DNA of 64,000 nt from Pirellulales bacterium (GCA_041736895.1 JBGSSS010000005.1:621-64620), one strand, 5' to 3'. Shown: positions 26,642 to 36,010, numbered from the stretch's first letter. Program-made: numbers and translations. Notes: generated from the sequence alone by a model not told the origin.

Positions 26642-27753
26642 TGGGCGGCTCCCGGCAACGATGGTTCGCGTACGAGGGCGAGGAGTTGCCGCAATATCTT
26701 TTCTGCAGATGCCTCAGGTGCCGTTTTGGGAGAGAACAGAAGCGGTATGCCATCTTCACGCACGATTGTCCCCTGCTCTTCACTCAAGGGACTGCAAACG
26801 ATTTGATATTCGCTGGCTTGCCCTTGCAAAACTTGTTTCGAAGCAATGATTGCCGTCGGAATACTTTGCAAGTGCTGCGTTGCCACGGCGGTCCAATCAG
26901 TTGACGGACCATCGCCTAAGAACAGTGCAGCATCAATGACGCCATCGGCGAGCATAGCTTCGGCGTTCGTTACTCCGGGCAAGTATTCGGCGCAGCCGCT
27001 AAGACAACAAACTGCCGCTGGAAAACCCGTTCGCGCGGTGAGGACATACTCAGCCCCAGCAGTGTTCGACAGCATAGCGCCCGCATCTTCCAGCGGCCAA
27101 GCCGCGGCGCGTCCGAACTTAGAGCGTGCGAGCACTGCGCGTTCGATTTCTTCGATCAGAGAATTCGCCGCACCTTTGCCGAGTGAACGGAAGAGGCTCA
27201 CTGGCTGGTAGATTAATAACGGGTACTTCGCCGCCTGCCACGCGGCAAGCAGTTGCTCCTGTGGTCGCTCGCTTGTCGTTGGGTTCTTGAGCTTCTCACG
27301 CAGTGCCAAAACTTCGTCCCTATTCCGGCAGCCCAACTCGCGCACTCGGGCGGCGATACCAGTTCCACCGCTCGCGGCAACTTCTAGCTCGTGGCATAGT
27401 TTCGCCGGTAACGAGGATAAGCCCGCGACGGTGAAAGATTCTAACAACTTCGGATTATGTTCACACTTGACCAGCACCCACAAGTCATAATACTGCTGCA
27501 ACTCGCCCATTGTCGTCCGCGCTTCGCCATGCAATTGCAAACTCGTCCCACGCGGCGGAATCCGCGATCCGCGCGGCGTGTCGATCGCTCCGCGCAGACA
27601 CATTGCCAACTCCACGGCCAGTTCCTGAGCCTCGACCGTGAGCTGCGTCAGGCCGTAAATCAGCGGCGCGCGAGCCTCGCGCAACATCTTCGCGATGAGT
27701 TTGAGCTGCGCGTCGATTTCATCCGCCTTAGGCATGCAACCTTTATCATTCAA
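26638..27753 (-). CDS. fhcB: Formyltransferase/hydrolase complex subunit B-like protein
   Basis: 371 aa, 4-nt overlap with fhcA. The N-terminus LIAKMLREARAPLIYGLTQLTVEAQELAVELAMCLRGAIDTP resembles FhcB/FwdB lacking the Cys cluster. Confidence 0.6.
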   Translation of the reverse strand: MNDKGCMPKADEIDAQLKLIAKMLREARAPLIYGLTQLTVEAQELAVELAMCLRGAIDTPRGSRIPPRGTSLQLHGEARTTMGELQQYYDLWVLVKCEHNPKLLESFTVAGLSSLPAKLCHELEVAASGGTGIAARVRELGCRNRDEVLALREKLKNPTTSERPQEQLLAAWQAAKYPLLIYQPVSLFRSLGKGAANSLIEEIERAVLARSKFGRAAAWPLEDAGAMLSNTAGAEYVLTARTGFPAAVCCLSGCAEYLPGVTNAEAMLADGVIDAALFLGDGPSTDWTAVATQHLQSIPTAIIASKQVLQGQASEYQIVCSPLSEEQGTIVREDGIPLLFSPKTAPEASAEKILRQLLALVREPSLPGAAQ

Positions 27754-27783
27754 CTCCGCTTATTTTTCAATGGCGGAGAGATT

Positions 27784-28028
27784 GGCCACAAAGAAACACA
27801 AAGGACACAAAAAATACAAATGCATTTTGCCGCAAGAAAAGCAAAGAAAGCAAAAAGGGAGATAGGATTGCGAATGAATGCTAAACCCTCGCGCTAAACG
27901 TTATACGAAGCTATCGTCTCGCCAACATTGCATATGGCTCGGGTTGATATTGGAGTCTTCTTTTGTTTTTCTTGCTTTTTTTGCGGCAACAATCCTGTAT
28001 TTTTGTGCCTCTTGTGTCTTTTTGTGGC
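27784..28028. repeat. ~245-bp A-tract-rich imperfect inverted repeat
   Basis: Left arm GGCCACAAAGAAACACAAAGGACACAAAAAATACA...TTGCCGCAAGAAAAGCAAAGAAAGCAAAAAGG. The right arm is its imperfect complement, ...TTTTGTGCCTCTTGTGTCTTTTTGTGGC. The centre is about 98 bp. Confidence 0.85.
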
Positions 28029-28060
28029 TAAAAATCTTCTCTTAGTGGCCGCAAGCCTTG

Positions 28061-29599
28061 CTATAGAATCGGCCCCAACAGCCACGGCTGAAATTCTTGC
28101 TCGCCCAGGTTGAGCAGTTCGCTCTTGGATTTCTCGCCGCTGGCAACGCGCAGAATCGTCTGGAAGAGTTCCATTCCGACTTCGGCCACGCTGCGGCCGG
28201 CGCTGAGGATCGTGCCGGCGTCGAGGTCCATGTCGGCCTGCATCCGCTGGTACATCGGCGTGTTGCTCGCGACCTTGATCACCGGCGAGGGCTTGAACCC
28301 AAAGCATGACCCGCGGCCGGTGGTGAAGACTACCAGATTCGCGCCGCCGGCGACGATGCCAGTGACACTGACCGGATCGAGGCCCGGCGTGTCCATGACG
28401 ACGAAGCCGCGTTGTTTGACCTGTTCGGCGTACTTGTAAACGGCGTTGAGCGCCGTCGTTCCCCCTTTGACGATCGCGCCGAGCGATTTTTCGTAGATCG
28501 TCGTGAGGCCCCCTTCCTTGTTCCCCGGCGACGGATTGTTGTCGCATGTCGCGCCGTAAACTCCGGCGTACCATTCCCACCACTTGATCCGCTCGATCAA
28601 TTGATCGGCGATGGCCGGAGTGCGCGCGCGGCGTGTCAGGACTTGCTCCGCACCGTAAATCTCGGTCGTCTCGCCGAGGATTGTCGTCCCGCCGCACGCG
28701 ACGAGCAAATCGCTCGCCACACCGAGTGCTGCGTTGGCCGTGATGCCCGAATTGCCGTCGGAGCCGCCGCAGTTCGTGCCGAGGATCAACTCACTCGCGG
28801 GACAAGTCTCGCGGCGGGCTTCGTTGACGCGCGGCATCAGTTCCGCTACTAGCTTCACGCCGGCATCGATCGTGTTCTGTGTCCCGCCGAGATCCTGCAT
28901 TACGAGCACCAGCGGCCGCTGGGGCGATTCATGTCCGCGATTCTGAATGAGTTGCTGACTGTCGATCAAGCTGCCAATTGTTCCCGTTTCGCAGCCGAGT
29001 CCGATGATCAGATACCCGCCGATGTTGGCGTGCTTGCCCATGCCGCCGATGACGCGGTTAAGGATCTGGTGATGCTCGCCGCCAAATGGCATGCCGCAGC
29101 CATTGCCATGCGAGAACGCCAGCACGCCGTCGATGTGGGGGTACTTGCGCTGCCATTCGTCGGTATTGAATCGCCGCGCGATGTAGTGCGCCACCGAGGC
29201 CGAGCAATTCACATTCGAAATGATCGCGAGATAGTTCCGAGTGCCGACTTTACCGCTTGAGCGAAGAAAACCCTCGAAGGTGTAACCCGTCAACGGTACT
29301 GGATCCGCCGGAACCGCCGTCGATTTCTCCCACGTCTGCTGCAACACATCGGCGTGCAAGTTCTGCGTGTGGACCCAGTCGCCTGGGGCAATCTCGCAAG
29401 TCGCTTCTCCGATATGTTGACCGTACTTGGTCACCGATGCGCCGCGCGTGATAGCAATCACGGCCAGTTTGTGACCTTGTTTAATCGGTTCGCGGACGAC
29501 GATTTCCCGTCCCGCGACGACAATACGTTCGCCCGCCGCCAGCGGCCGCGCGGCGACGCAAGTATTGTCCGACGGATGAAGCTGGATGATGGAGAGCAA
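28061..29599 (-). CDS. UxaA-family sugar-acid dehydratase (altronate/galactarate dehydratase type)
   Basis: SAF-like N-terminus IIQLHPSDNTCVAARPLAAGE...IKQGHKLAV and a C-terminal dehydratase domain. The ORF-track start 29683 translates a repeat hairpin (MLQGGKLLGFA), so I propose TTG 29599. The start remains uncertain. Confidence 0.8.
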   Translation of the reverse strand: MLSIIQLHPSDNTCVAARPLAAGERIVVAGREIVVREPIKQGHKLAVIAITRGASVTKYGQHIGEATCEIAPGDWVHTQNLHADVLQQTWEKSTAVPADPVPLTGYTFEGFLRSSGKVGTRNYLAIISNVNCSASVAHYIARRFNTDEWQRKYPHIDGVLAFSHGNGCGMPFGGEHHQILNRVIGGMGKHANIGGYLIIGLGCETGTIGSLIDSQQLIQNRGHESPQRPLVLVMQDLGGTQNTIDAGVKLVAELMPRVNEARRETCPASELILGTNCGGSDGNSGITANAALGVASDLLVACGGTTILGETTEIYGAEQVLTRRARTPAIADQLIERIKWWEWYAGVYGATCDNNPSPGNKEGGLTTIYEKSLGAIVKGGTTALNAVYKYAEQVKQRGFVVMDTPGLDPVSVTGIVAGGANLVVFTTGRGSCFGFKPSPVIKVASNTPMYQRMQADMDLDAGTILSAGRSVAEVGMELFQTILRVASGEKSKSELLNLGEQEFQPWLLGPIL

Positions 29600-29652
29600 T
29601 GGTAAGTAAGACAGGGAGCAGGATGACCGGACTACAGCAAATTTTCTCTCGG

Positions 29653-29684
29653 CAAAGCCAAGGAGTTTACCTCCTTGGAGCATT
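29653..29684 (+). repeat. 30-nt hairpin repeat CAAAGCC(C/A)AGG(G/A)G-N4-5-C(C/T)CC(C/T)TGGGAGCATT, copy 1
   Basis: CAAAGCCAAGGAGTTTACCTCCTTGGAGCATT. Confidence 0.85.
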
Positions 29685-29696
29685 TCATCGCATCGA

Positions 29697-30476
29697 TCAT
29701 TTCACCGGCGGCGGTTCATGGAGCACGACCTTGGACTGATTCTTGCGCAGGCGAATGTTGATGATCTCGATGACCAGCGAAAACGCCATGGCAAAGTAGA
29801 TGTAACCTTTGTTCATGTGCCCGCCGGTCCCTTCGATCACCAGCATCACGCCGATCAGAATCAAAAACGAGAGCGCGAGAATCTTGAGCGTCGGATGCTT
29901 ATGGACAAAGCTGCTGATGGGCCCGGCAAAGATCAGCATCACACCAACCGCGATGACCATCGCCGTTATCATGACCCACAACTGATCTGGCTTGACCATC
30001 CCGACGGCGGTGATGACGCTATCAAGGGAAAAAATAATGTCGAGCAAGATGATCTGCACAAGCACCCACGTAAAACTGGCGGGCTTTGCATCGGCCGTGT
30101 TGTGTTCCTGCCCTTCGAGCTTCGCGTGAATCTCGTTGACGCTTTTCGCGATCAAGAACAGCCCGCCGATGAGTAGGACCAGATCCTTGCCCGTGACCTG
30201 CATGACCTTCAGCGGATCATCGACCCAGGTGATCCACTCGGGTAGCACCCCGAGGCGCTCGAGATCGAAGATCGTTGCTTGTAAACCCATGACCCAGCGG
30301 ATGCCAAACAACAAGAGCAACCGCATCGCCAACGCAAGCCCCAGTCCCCAGCGCCTGGCGGAGGCTTGCTGATGGGCCGGCAATTTCGAGGCGAGGATGG
30401 CGATGAAGATCACGTTGTCGATGCCCAGGACAATCTCCATGGCCGACAACGAGATAAGCGGGACGATCCAATCCAT
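29697..30476 (-). CDS. TerC-family integral membrane protein
   Basis: ORF 29697..30596 trimmed to MDWIVPLISLSAMEIVLGIDNVIFIAI, because the upstream part translates a repeat. A second LSLDSVITAVGM motif is present. Confidence 0.85.
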   Translation of the reverse strand: MDWIVPLISLSAMEIVLGIDNVIFIAILASKLPAHQQASARRWGLGLALAMRLLLLFGIRWVMGLQATIFDLERLGVLPEWITWVDDPLKVMQVTGKDLVLLIGGLFLIAKSVNEIHAKLEGQEHNTADAKPASFTWVLVQIILLDIIFSLDSVITAVGMVKPDQLWVMITAMVIAVGVMLIFAGPISSFVHKHPTLKILALSFLILIGVMLVIEGTGGHMNKGYIYFAMAFSLVIEIINIRLRKNQSKVVLHEPPPVK

Positions 30477-30565
30477 AGCTGAGAGCTCACAGAAAAAAAT
30501 GATAAATCGCGCGTTGCGTTCAACTGTAGCGCATCGTTGAACGAAGAACAAGCTGGAATCAACAG

Positions 30566-30597
30566 CAAAGCCCAGGGGTTCACCCCCTGGGAGCATT
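30566..30597 (+). repeat. 30-nt hairpin repeat, copy 2
   Basis: CAAAGCCCAGGGGTTCACCCCCTGGGAGCATT. Confidence 0.9.
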
Positions 30598-30637
30598 TAT
30601 CTTAGTGCAGCGCGATGACAGACAGCGATGTCACTCC

Positions 30638-30658
30638 CTCGCTTACGCGTCGGGCTTC
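30638..30658 (+). repeat. Half-site of the GCTTACGC..CGGGCT repeat family
   Basis: CTCGCTTACGCGTCGGGCTTC. Confidence 0.6.
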
Positions 30659-30737
30659 TATTGTACGAATTCATCTTGCGCTGATCGTCGCACTTCCCTA
30701 AAATCAAACCAGGGCATCCCAAAAGACAAGGATCGTC

Positions 30738-31991
30738 ATGCTGCTGTTGTTCGAGGATCATCTGGTCGGGCAGTTGGCACCGTTAAATTTCGGCAAGCCA
30801 ACATACGCGCTGTCGTGCGCGTCGCAACGGCTGGTCGATCTGGTGCGCAAGCAAACCGACTTGCCGGTCCGAGCCTGGGTCCGGCCGCACTTGCGCGAGC
30901 TCGAAGCGGCCGATTATCCCGAGGTCTGCCTGCGGCCCAACGAACCAACGGGCAAGGTCTTGCTGGTCAACGCGCGGCTTGTGCCGGCGGTGTCACAAGT
31001 CGAGCGGCTCCGCGCGATGTTCCACGGCAGCGATGAAGTCGTCCTGTACCAAGACGAAACGCTTGTTGCCGCGCTGCTGCATGATCCGCGTGGTTTGCTC
31101 GCGGTGCCAGTCGCCGACTGGCTGACAACGCTACGCGCTCGGCCGCAGATTGCGGCGACACACGACCCGGATTGGGATCTGTTCGCCTATCCCCATGATG
31201 TCGTGCGACTGCATCAGAAATATCTGGGGGAAAATTTAGCCGCGCGGCTGCGCGCGGGAAAACTGCGTCAAACCCAAGACGGACTTTATCTCGGCGACAA
31301 TGTTTCGCTCGGAGCGCATTTGACTGTCGATACGAGCAAAGGACCGGTGATCATCGAGCGCGATTCGACCCTCGGTCCGTTTTGCTTTCTGCGCGGTCCG
31401 TTGTACTTAGGCCGCGGCGCGCGGATCAATGAACATGCATCACTCAAGGACGGCACCTGCCTCGCTCACACGACTAAGGTCGGCGGCGAAGTCGAGTGCA
31501 GCATCCTCGAACCGTACAGCAACAAGCAACACCACGGCTTCTTGGGCCACAGCTACGTCGGCAGTTGGGTCAACCTTGGCGCCGGCACAAGCAACAGCGA
31601 CCTGAAGAACACGTATGGCACGGTGAACATGCTCTACGGCAACACCAAAGTGAACACCGGCATGCAATTCATCGGCTGCATGATTGGCGACTATGCCAAG
31701 ACGGCGATCAACACGAGCATCTTCACCGGCAAAACGATCGGCGCTTGCTCGATGGTCTATGGATTCGTCACGGGTAATGTGCCGAGCTTCGTCAATTATG
31801 CACGCTCGTTCGGTCAAGTGACCGAAGCTCCGGTCGAAGTCATGATCAGCACTCAGAAACGGATGTTCGCGCGGCGCGGGCGGGAACAGCGGCCTTGCGA
31901 CATCTTGCTCCTGCGCGAAATGTATGAACTGACGCGCAGCGAACGGGCGAACTTTGGCGAGCCGCTCACGCCGGAACCGCTGAGTTGGTGA
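30738..31991 (+). CDS. Putative sugar nucleotidyltransferase with C-terminal left-handed beta-helix (GlmU-like alternative family)
   Basis: MLLLFEDHLVGQLAPLNFGKPTYAL N-terminus. The C-terminus has hexapeptide-repeat character (GGEVECSILEPYSNKQHHGFLGHSYVGSWVNLGAGTSNSDLKN). Confidence 0.7.
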   Translation: MLLLFEDHLVGQLAPLNFGKPTYALSCASQRLVDLVRKQTDLPVRAWVRPHLRELEAADYPEVCLRPNEPTGKVLLVNARLVPAVSQVERLRAMFHGSDEVVLYQDETLVAALLHDPRGLLAVPVADWLTTLRARPQIAATHDPDWDLFAYPHDVVRLHQKYLGENLAARLRAGKLRQTQDGLYLGDNVSLGAHLTVDTSKGPVIIERDSTLGPFCFLRGPLYLGRGARINEHASLKDGTCLAHTTKVGGEVECSILEPYSNKQHHGFLGHSYVGSWVNLGAGTSNSDLKNTYGTVNMLYGNTKVNTGMQFIGCMIGDYAKTAINTSIFTGKTIGACSMVYGFVTGNVPSFVNYARSFGQVTEAPVEVMISTQKRMFARRGREQRPCDILLLREMYELTRSERANFGEPLTPEPLSW

Positions 31992-32050
31992 TCTAGGAAT
32001 GGATAATTGACAATTGATAATGGACAACGCAGGCAACGACTCCTTACTTC

Positions 32051-32090
32051 AAAAAAGAAAAAGCCGCGATTTGATTCGCGGCTTTTTTTC
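32051..32090. terminator. Bidirectional rho-independent terminator between convergent genes
   Basis: AAAAAAGAAAAA-AGCCGCGA-tttgat-TCGCGGCT-TTTTTT. Confidence 0.8.
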
Positions 32091-32112
32091 TTTTTACTTG
32101 AACTGACCGCCA

Positions 32113-33357
32113 CTACGCAGCTCGTTTTCGGCGGACACACCAAAAGGCAGCCAAGCCCGTGATCCCCAGGGCATAAGTGCTCGGTTCGGGAACCGGCGCG
32201 ATATCCCAACCGATGAGATCGAGTGCGCGGAAATCGGCTTCGGTAATCGCTTGAATGGTCCCAAAGTTGAGTGTTGGATCCATCATTCCGATGTAAAGCC
32301 CTGTGATATCATCCGCCTTCCAGTGACTTGCTTGGTTGCCATCCCCTTGCGTTACCCCGGTAGACATCCGAAATTCGCTGCCGATTCCCCAAGCGTTATC
32401 GCCAAAATCCGTAATTCCATTCGCCCCGGGAACGAGATTTCTAGTGGCCGTGCCAAATGTCGCGGCGTTGGTCGGATCGAACGCGGTATTCGCCGAATCG
32501 ACAAAGCGAAAGATGTCGAGCGGCGTGACAAAGATTGCTCCTGGAATGTTGTTATTCACCTTGTTATCAATATCATCAACTCGGGAAGTGAACCCGAGGA
32601 TGTGCCCGATCTCGTGGGCGGCCACCGTTTCAAAATCCATCGTCCCCGGCGTGACCCCGTTCGAGTTGTCAAAATCAAAACTAAAATTCGTGCTAAATGT
32701 GATCGTTCCATCAGCACCTCCAAACGTATCGCCGAGCGCTTTTAAATTGGCTTGCGAGATGGCGACACTACCATTCAAACTGAAACCCACTGGGAGGGAT
32801 GCGGTGAAGGTATTCGGCAGCGAATTGACAATTGCATCGTCCGCTTCATCGCTCGCATCGGCAATCAATCCATTGCGGATGCCGCCAACACCGGCGTAGG
32901 GCACGCCATAGAGAACGCTGCTGGCCTGGCCAATGACATTCGGTGCCAAGGCCGAAAGATTCCCATCGATGACAACCGTGATCGGGTCTGAAATTCTAGC
33001 TTCCCACTGCGCGGCTGCTCGATTGAACGCCGCCAAAGCCGCGGCATTCCCCGCCAAGGCCGCGTTGGGATTGATGACGATGTTAAATGACCCAAGATTG
33101 TTCGTCACGGTGCCAAGCGGCGTGGCATTGAGACTAGACGACGTGGTCAGCGGCATCACGGCATCGTAGGTGGCCAGCGACGGGCGCGGCTCGTTCAAAA
33201 AGACGGCATTTTCCACCATCGTCCGACTTGCCAGACAGCAAATACAGCCAGATGAATGCTCTCCGAGGTAGATTTGACCGAAGAGGGATTGGCTAGAAAA
33301 GCCAGCGCATAAAAGCACGGCCAGTGCCAAAAAAAGTCGGCGATTGATGTAGTTCAT
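32113..33357 (-). CDS. PEP-CTERM-anchored zinc metalloprotease-like protein
   Basis: Signal peptide, HExxH motif (VAAHEIGHILGF), and C-terminal PVPEPSTYALGITGLAAFWCVRRKRAA. Confidence 0.75.
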   Translation of the reverse strand: MNYINRRLFLALAVLLCAGFSSQSLFGQIYLGEHSSGCICCLASRTMVENAVFLNEPRPSLATYDAVMPLTTSSSLNATPLGTVTNNLGSFNIVINPNAALAGNAAALAAFNRAAAQWEARISDPITVVIDGNLSALAPNVIGQASSVLYGVPYAGVGGIRNGLIADASDEADDAIVNSLPNTFTASLPVGFSLNGSVAISQANLKALGDTFGGADGTITFSTNFSFDFDNSNGVTPGTMDFETVAAHEIGHILGFTSRVDDIDNKVNNNIPGAIFVTPLDIFRFVDSANTAFDPTNAATFGTATRNLVPGANGITDFGDNAWGIGSEFRMSTGVTQGDGNQASHWKADDITGLYIGMMDPTLNFGTIQAITEADFRALDLIGWDIAPVPEPSTYALGITGLAAFWCVRRKRAA

Positions 33358-33448
33358 TAGCGGTGTCCTTCAGGCCCCTGCACTTACCCAGAAAAAGAGT
33401 CATAACCCTCTCGACAGATGCAATCGTAACTTGCCGTCGTGAGGGTTA

Positions 33449-33802
33449 TCAACAATTTGGACAAGAAATTCCCGAAAGATTTTCGGGGCTCTCCCGCATT
33501 GATGAGGCTTGTTTTAGTTCGCTATCCACTGATTTACCACGTTTTCTATGAATTTTACTTATTTCTAACCACTGCCAATTCATCAAGATACGGCGATACT
33601 TGTTTCTGAATGCATCCTGCTTAGGCTGATCGCCATGAATATTAGCAGGGCAAGCATTACAGCCAAGCCGCTTCGCCAGAACGTTCTCCTTCGGCAGCGT
33701 CAGGCATGAATACCTGAAGTACAGTTCCGTGTAGCGATCAAGGTCAGGTGGTGAACTGCTGGGAGGGCGAGGCTCCTGCTGAACCGATCCGGAACCTGAC
33801 AT
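33449..33802 (-). CDS. Hypothetical protein (weak call)
   Basis: 117-aa ORF in an AT-richer gap between the PhoX and metalloprotease genes, on the same strand. No recognisable motif. Confidence 0.3.
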   Translation of the reverse strand: MSGSGSVQQEPRPPSSSPPDLDRYTELYFRYSCLTLPKENVLAKRLGCNACPANIHGDQPKQDAFRNKYRRILMNWQWLEISKIHRKRGKSVDSELKQASSMRESPENLSGISCPNC

Positions 33803-33827
33803 GATACGAAGGATGTTGTAATTCGGT

Positions 33828-35795
33828 TTACGTCCCGATCACCCCGCCGTCTTGTCGCCGAATCGCGATCACGCTCGGCCGCGGGGGCATGTTCGGCTTG
33901 AAATCGGGCCAGCGCGTGCTAGGCGCGTCATAAGTCGAACGCACGCCGGCAAACTCTTCATCACCCGGATGTTGAATCGAGGCAAACAAGGTCGTGCCGT
34001 CGGGCGTGAACGCGGTGCCGGTGACTTCGGCACCGGTGGGCGCGCGGAAGAACATCCGCGTCAACGCGCGGCCAGGCCCCGCCGTGTCCGTGGCGTAGAT
34101 GCCGTCGGCCAGTTTGTTGCCGGTAACTTTCGGGGCGCCATCGGTGGCGATCCAGAGCCGGCCCTGGGCATCGATCGCCGCGTTGTCGGGACACGTCAGC
34201 CAACCATTCGGGCTGGTCTGCGGATGATATTTGGCCCCGTCTTTGCTCGGGTCACCAGCCAGCAAGAAAATGTCCCACCGATACTCATTCGACGTATGAT
34301 CGAAACCGCTCCCTGCTGCCGGAGCCTGCAATTCCAAAATATGCCCGTGCAGATTCGCAATCCGCGGGTTCGAGTTGCTGGGCTTGAGCCGCGCGGCGTT
34401 GTTGGTGAGCATGACAAAGACGCGGCCTGAGGCGGCATGCACCTCGACATCCTCCGGTCGATCCAACGGCGTAGCCTGGACCGCATCGCCAGCGCGGCGT
34501 AGTTCGATCACGATATCGGCTTGTGAATCAAAACCCTCATCCTTGCCAAGTTTTTCTCGGCCATGCACCAACGACTGCCAAACCAACCGGCCATCTTCCT
34601 TGAACTGGGCGACGGAAAGCGTGCCATGATCGAGCAAATCACGATTCGCCGCGGCATTGTTCCGCTGATACGGCTTGTCGCTCACAAACCGGTACAGATA
34701 CTCGCCGCGGGAATCGTCGCCCGTGTAAACGACGACGCGCTGATCGTGCGAGAGCGTGACGGTGGCTCCTTCATGCTTGCAACGGCCAAGCGCCGTGCGC
34801 TTGACGGGAATTGATTTGGGATCATACGGATCGTATTCCACGATCCAGCCAAAGCGGTTCGGCTCGAGCGGTTCCTTGCTGAGATCAAAACGCTCGATAT
34901 GCCGCGACCAGGCGTAATCCGTCTCGCCCTTCAACCCTAGCCGGGCGTAGTTCAATTGCTCCTGCTTGGCGATTTTGGGGTCGGCGATATTCCCGCCGAA
35001 ATTGGTATCGAAGTTTTCTTCGGCGGTTAAAACAGTTCCCCAAGGCGTGATACCCCCAGCACAGTTGTTGATCGTGCCGAGAATTATCTTGCCAGTCGGA
35101 TCGGCCTTTGTTCGTAACCGCTCGTGGCCCGCGGCGGGACCGCTGATGCTCATTGGCGTGTCGGCGGTGAGGCGACGATTGTATGGGCTGTTGACGTCGA
35201 TGATCCAGAAGCCTTGGTCGCGGCGAACTTCGACCACCGCATGGCCATGCGCGGCGATTTCGATGTCGACTTGTTCCTTGGTCAGTTTCTTGACCGCATC
35301 CATCTTGTCCGCGATGCCGGGCCACATCAGGTACGCGATCGAATACTCGTGGTTCACGCAAAGCAAGCCGCGCTCGCTGTTCTGCGATCCGCGCGGCAGC
35401 GGCATGTAGGCGATAAAGTCGTTGTTGTAGCCGAACCGGCGGCGCTGCGTTTCGCCGGTCAGCTTTGCCGGTTCGAACTCGGGCATCCCTGGGAAGATCG
35501 CGTCGCCCCAACTGATGACGACGTTCGATTGATAATGATGCGCGACGTGAATATCGGCATCGAGCCCATGCGAGACTTCGGCAAACGTGAGAGTCGAAGG
35601 ATTCGCCTCGGTCTTCGCCGTTGCTTCCTGCGGGGCTGCAGCTTGCGGCTCAGGAACGGGTTGGCGCGACGAGGGTTCGAGAATATTCGGTAGCGGCAAA
35701 TCCTCGGCCGCATCGGCGATCCCAGCGAATGCTACGGTCGTTCCAGCAACGATCGCACCGCGCAGCCAATCGCGGCGATCAAGCCGCCGCTCCAT
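33828..35795 (-). CDS. phoX: PhoX-family (DUF839) phosphatase with Tat leader
   Basis: ORF 33828..35885 trimmed to MERRLDRRDWLRGAIVAGTTVAFAG. FGYNNDFIAYMPL, LCVNHEY and the beta-propeller-like C-terminus are typical of PhoX. Confidence 0.8.
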   Translation of the reverse strand: MERRLDRRDWLRGAIVAGTTVAFAGIADAAEDLPLPNILEPSSRQPVPEPQAAAPQEATAKTEANPSTLTFAEVSHGLDADIHVAHHYQSNVVISWGDAIFPGMPEFEPAKLTGETQRRRFGYNNDFIAYMPLPRGSQNSERGLLCVNHEYSIAYLMWPGIADKMDAVKKLTKEQVDIEIAAHGHAVVEVRRDQGFWIIDVNSPYNRRLTADTPMSISGPAAGHERLRTKADPTGKIILGTINNCAGGITPWGTVLTAEENFDTNFGGNIADPKIAKQEQLNYARLGLKGETDYAWSRHIERFDLSKEPLEPNRFGWIVEYDPYDPKSIPVKRTALGRCKHEGATVTLSHDQRVVVYTGDDSRGEYLYRFVSDKPYQRNNAAANRDLLDHGTLSVAQFKEDGRLVWQSLVHGREKLGKDEGFDSQADIVIELRRAGDAVQATPLDRPEDVEVHAASGRVFVMLTNNAARLKPSNSNPRIANLHGHILELQAPAAGSGFDHTSNEYRWDIFLLAGDPSKDGAKYHPQTSPNGWLTCPDNAAIDAQGRLWIATDGAPKVTGNKLADGIYATDTAGPGRALTRMFFRAPTGAEVTGTAFTPDGTTLFASIQHPGDEEFAGVRSTYDAPSTRWPDFKPNMPPRPSVIAIRRQDGGVIGT

Positions 35796-35966
35796 CACCG
35801 TCGCCAAATCCGCGGCTGGCGAAGGATTGATTCGGCACTCGTTTGGCTCGCCCCCGCATTCCGGTCGCTGATGAAAAAAGCTCATGGTTTTGAACTAGGG
35901 CTTGGGATTAGGGAATAGAGTTAAGTCACCACGAAGTACAATCACAAATCCAAAAAAGCGTTCTGC

Positions 35967-36010
35967 CAGCGCCAACCCAAGCTTGCGGATGGCATGCCCA
36001 TCCGTAGGAG
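35967..36010 (-). repeat. 44-nt interspersed repeat, copy 2 (inverted)
   Basis: The reverse complement CTCCTACGGATGGGCATGCCATCCGCAAGCTTGGGTTGGCGCTG matches 11047-11090 at 42 of 44 positions. Confidence 0.9.

Noticed and set aside
27894-28697. 267-aa minus-strand ORF overlapping the UxaA-type gene
   Set aside because: It is in a different frame from the well-supported dehydratase. It is extremely R/D/G-rich, and its C-terminal end (the 27894-28028 portion) is a translation of the A-tract inverted repeat.
29600-29683. N-terminal extensions MLQGGKLLGFA.. (ORF 28061..29683) and MLPGGEPLGFA.. (ORF 29697..30596)
   Set aside because: Both are translations of copies of the 30-nt hairpin repeat, and family-typical N-termini begin further downstream. 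Similar repeat-derived extensions were trimmed from ORFs 17626..18483, 44708..45868, 43577..44656 and 40504..41820.
30477-30600. Possible yybP-ykoY (manganese) riboswitch upstream of the TerC-family gene
   Set aside because: I looked for the conserved GGGGAGUAG-type and paired distal motifs in the leader and did not find them. The leader instead contains a hairpin repeat copy and the CGTTCAAC/GTTGAACG stem. A cmscan would be decisive.
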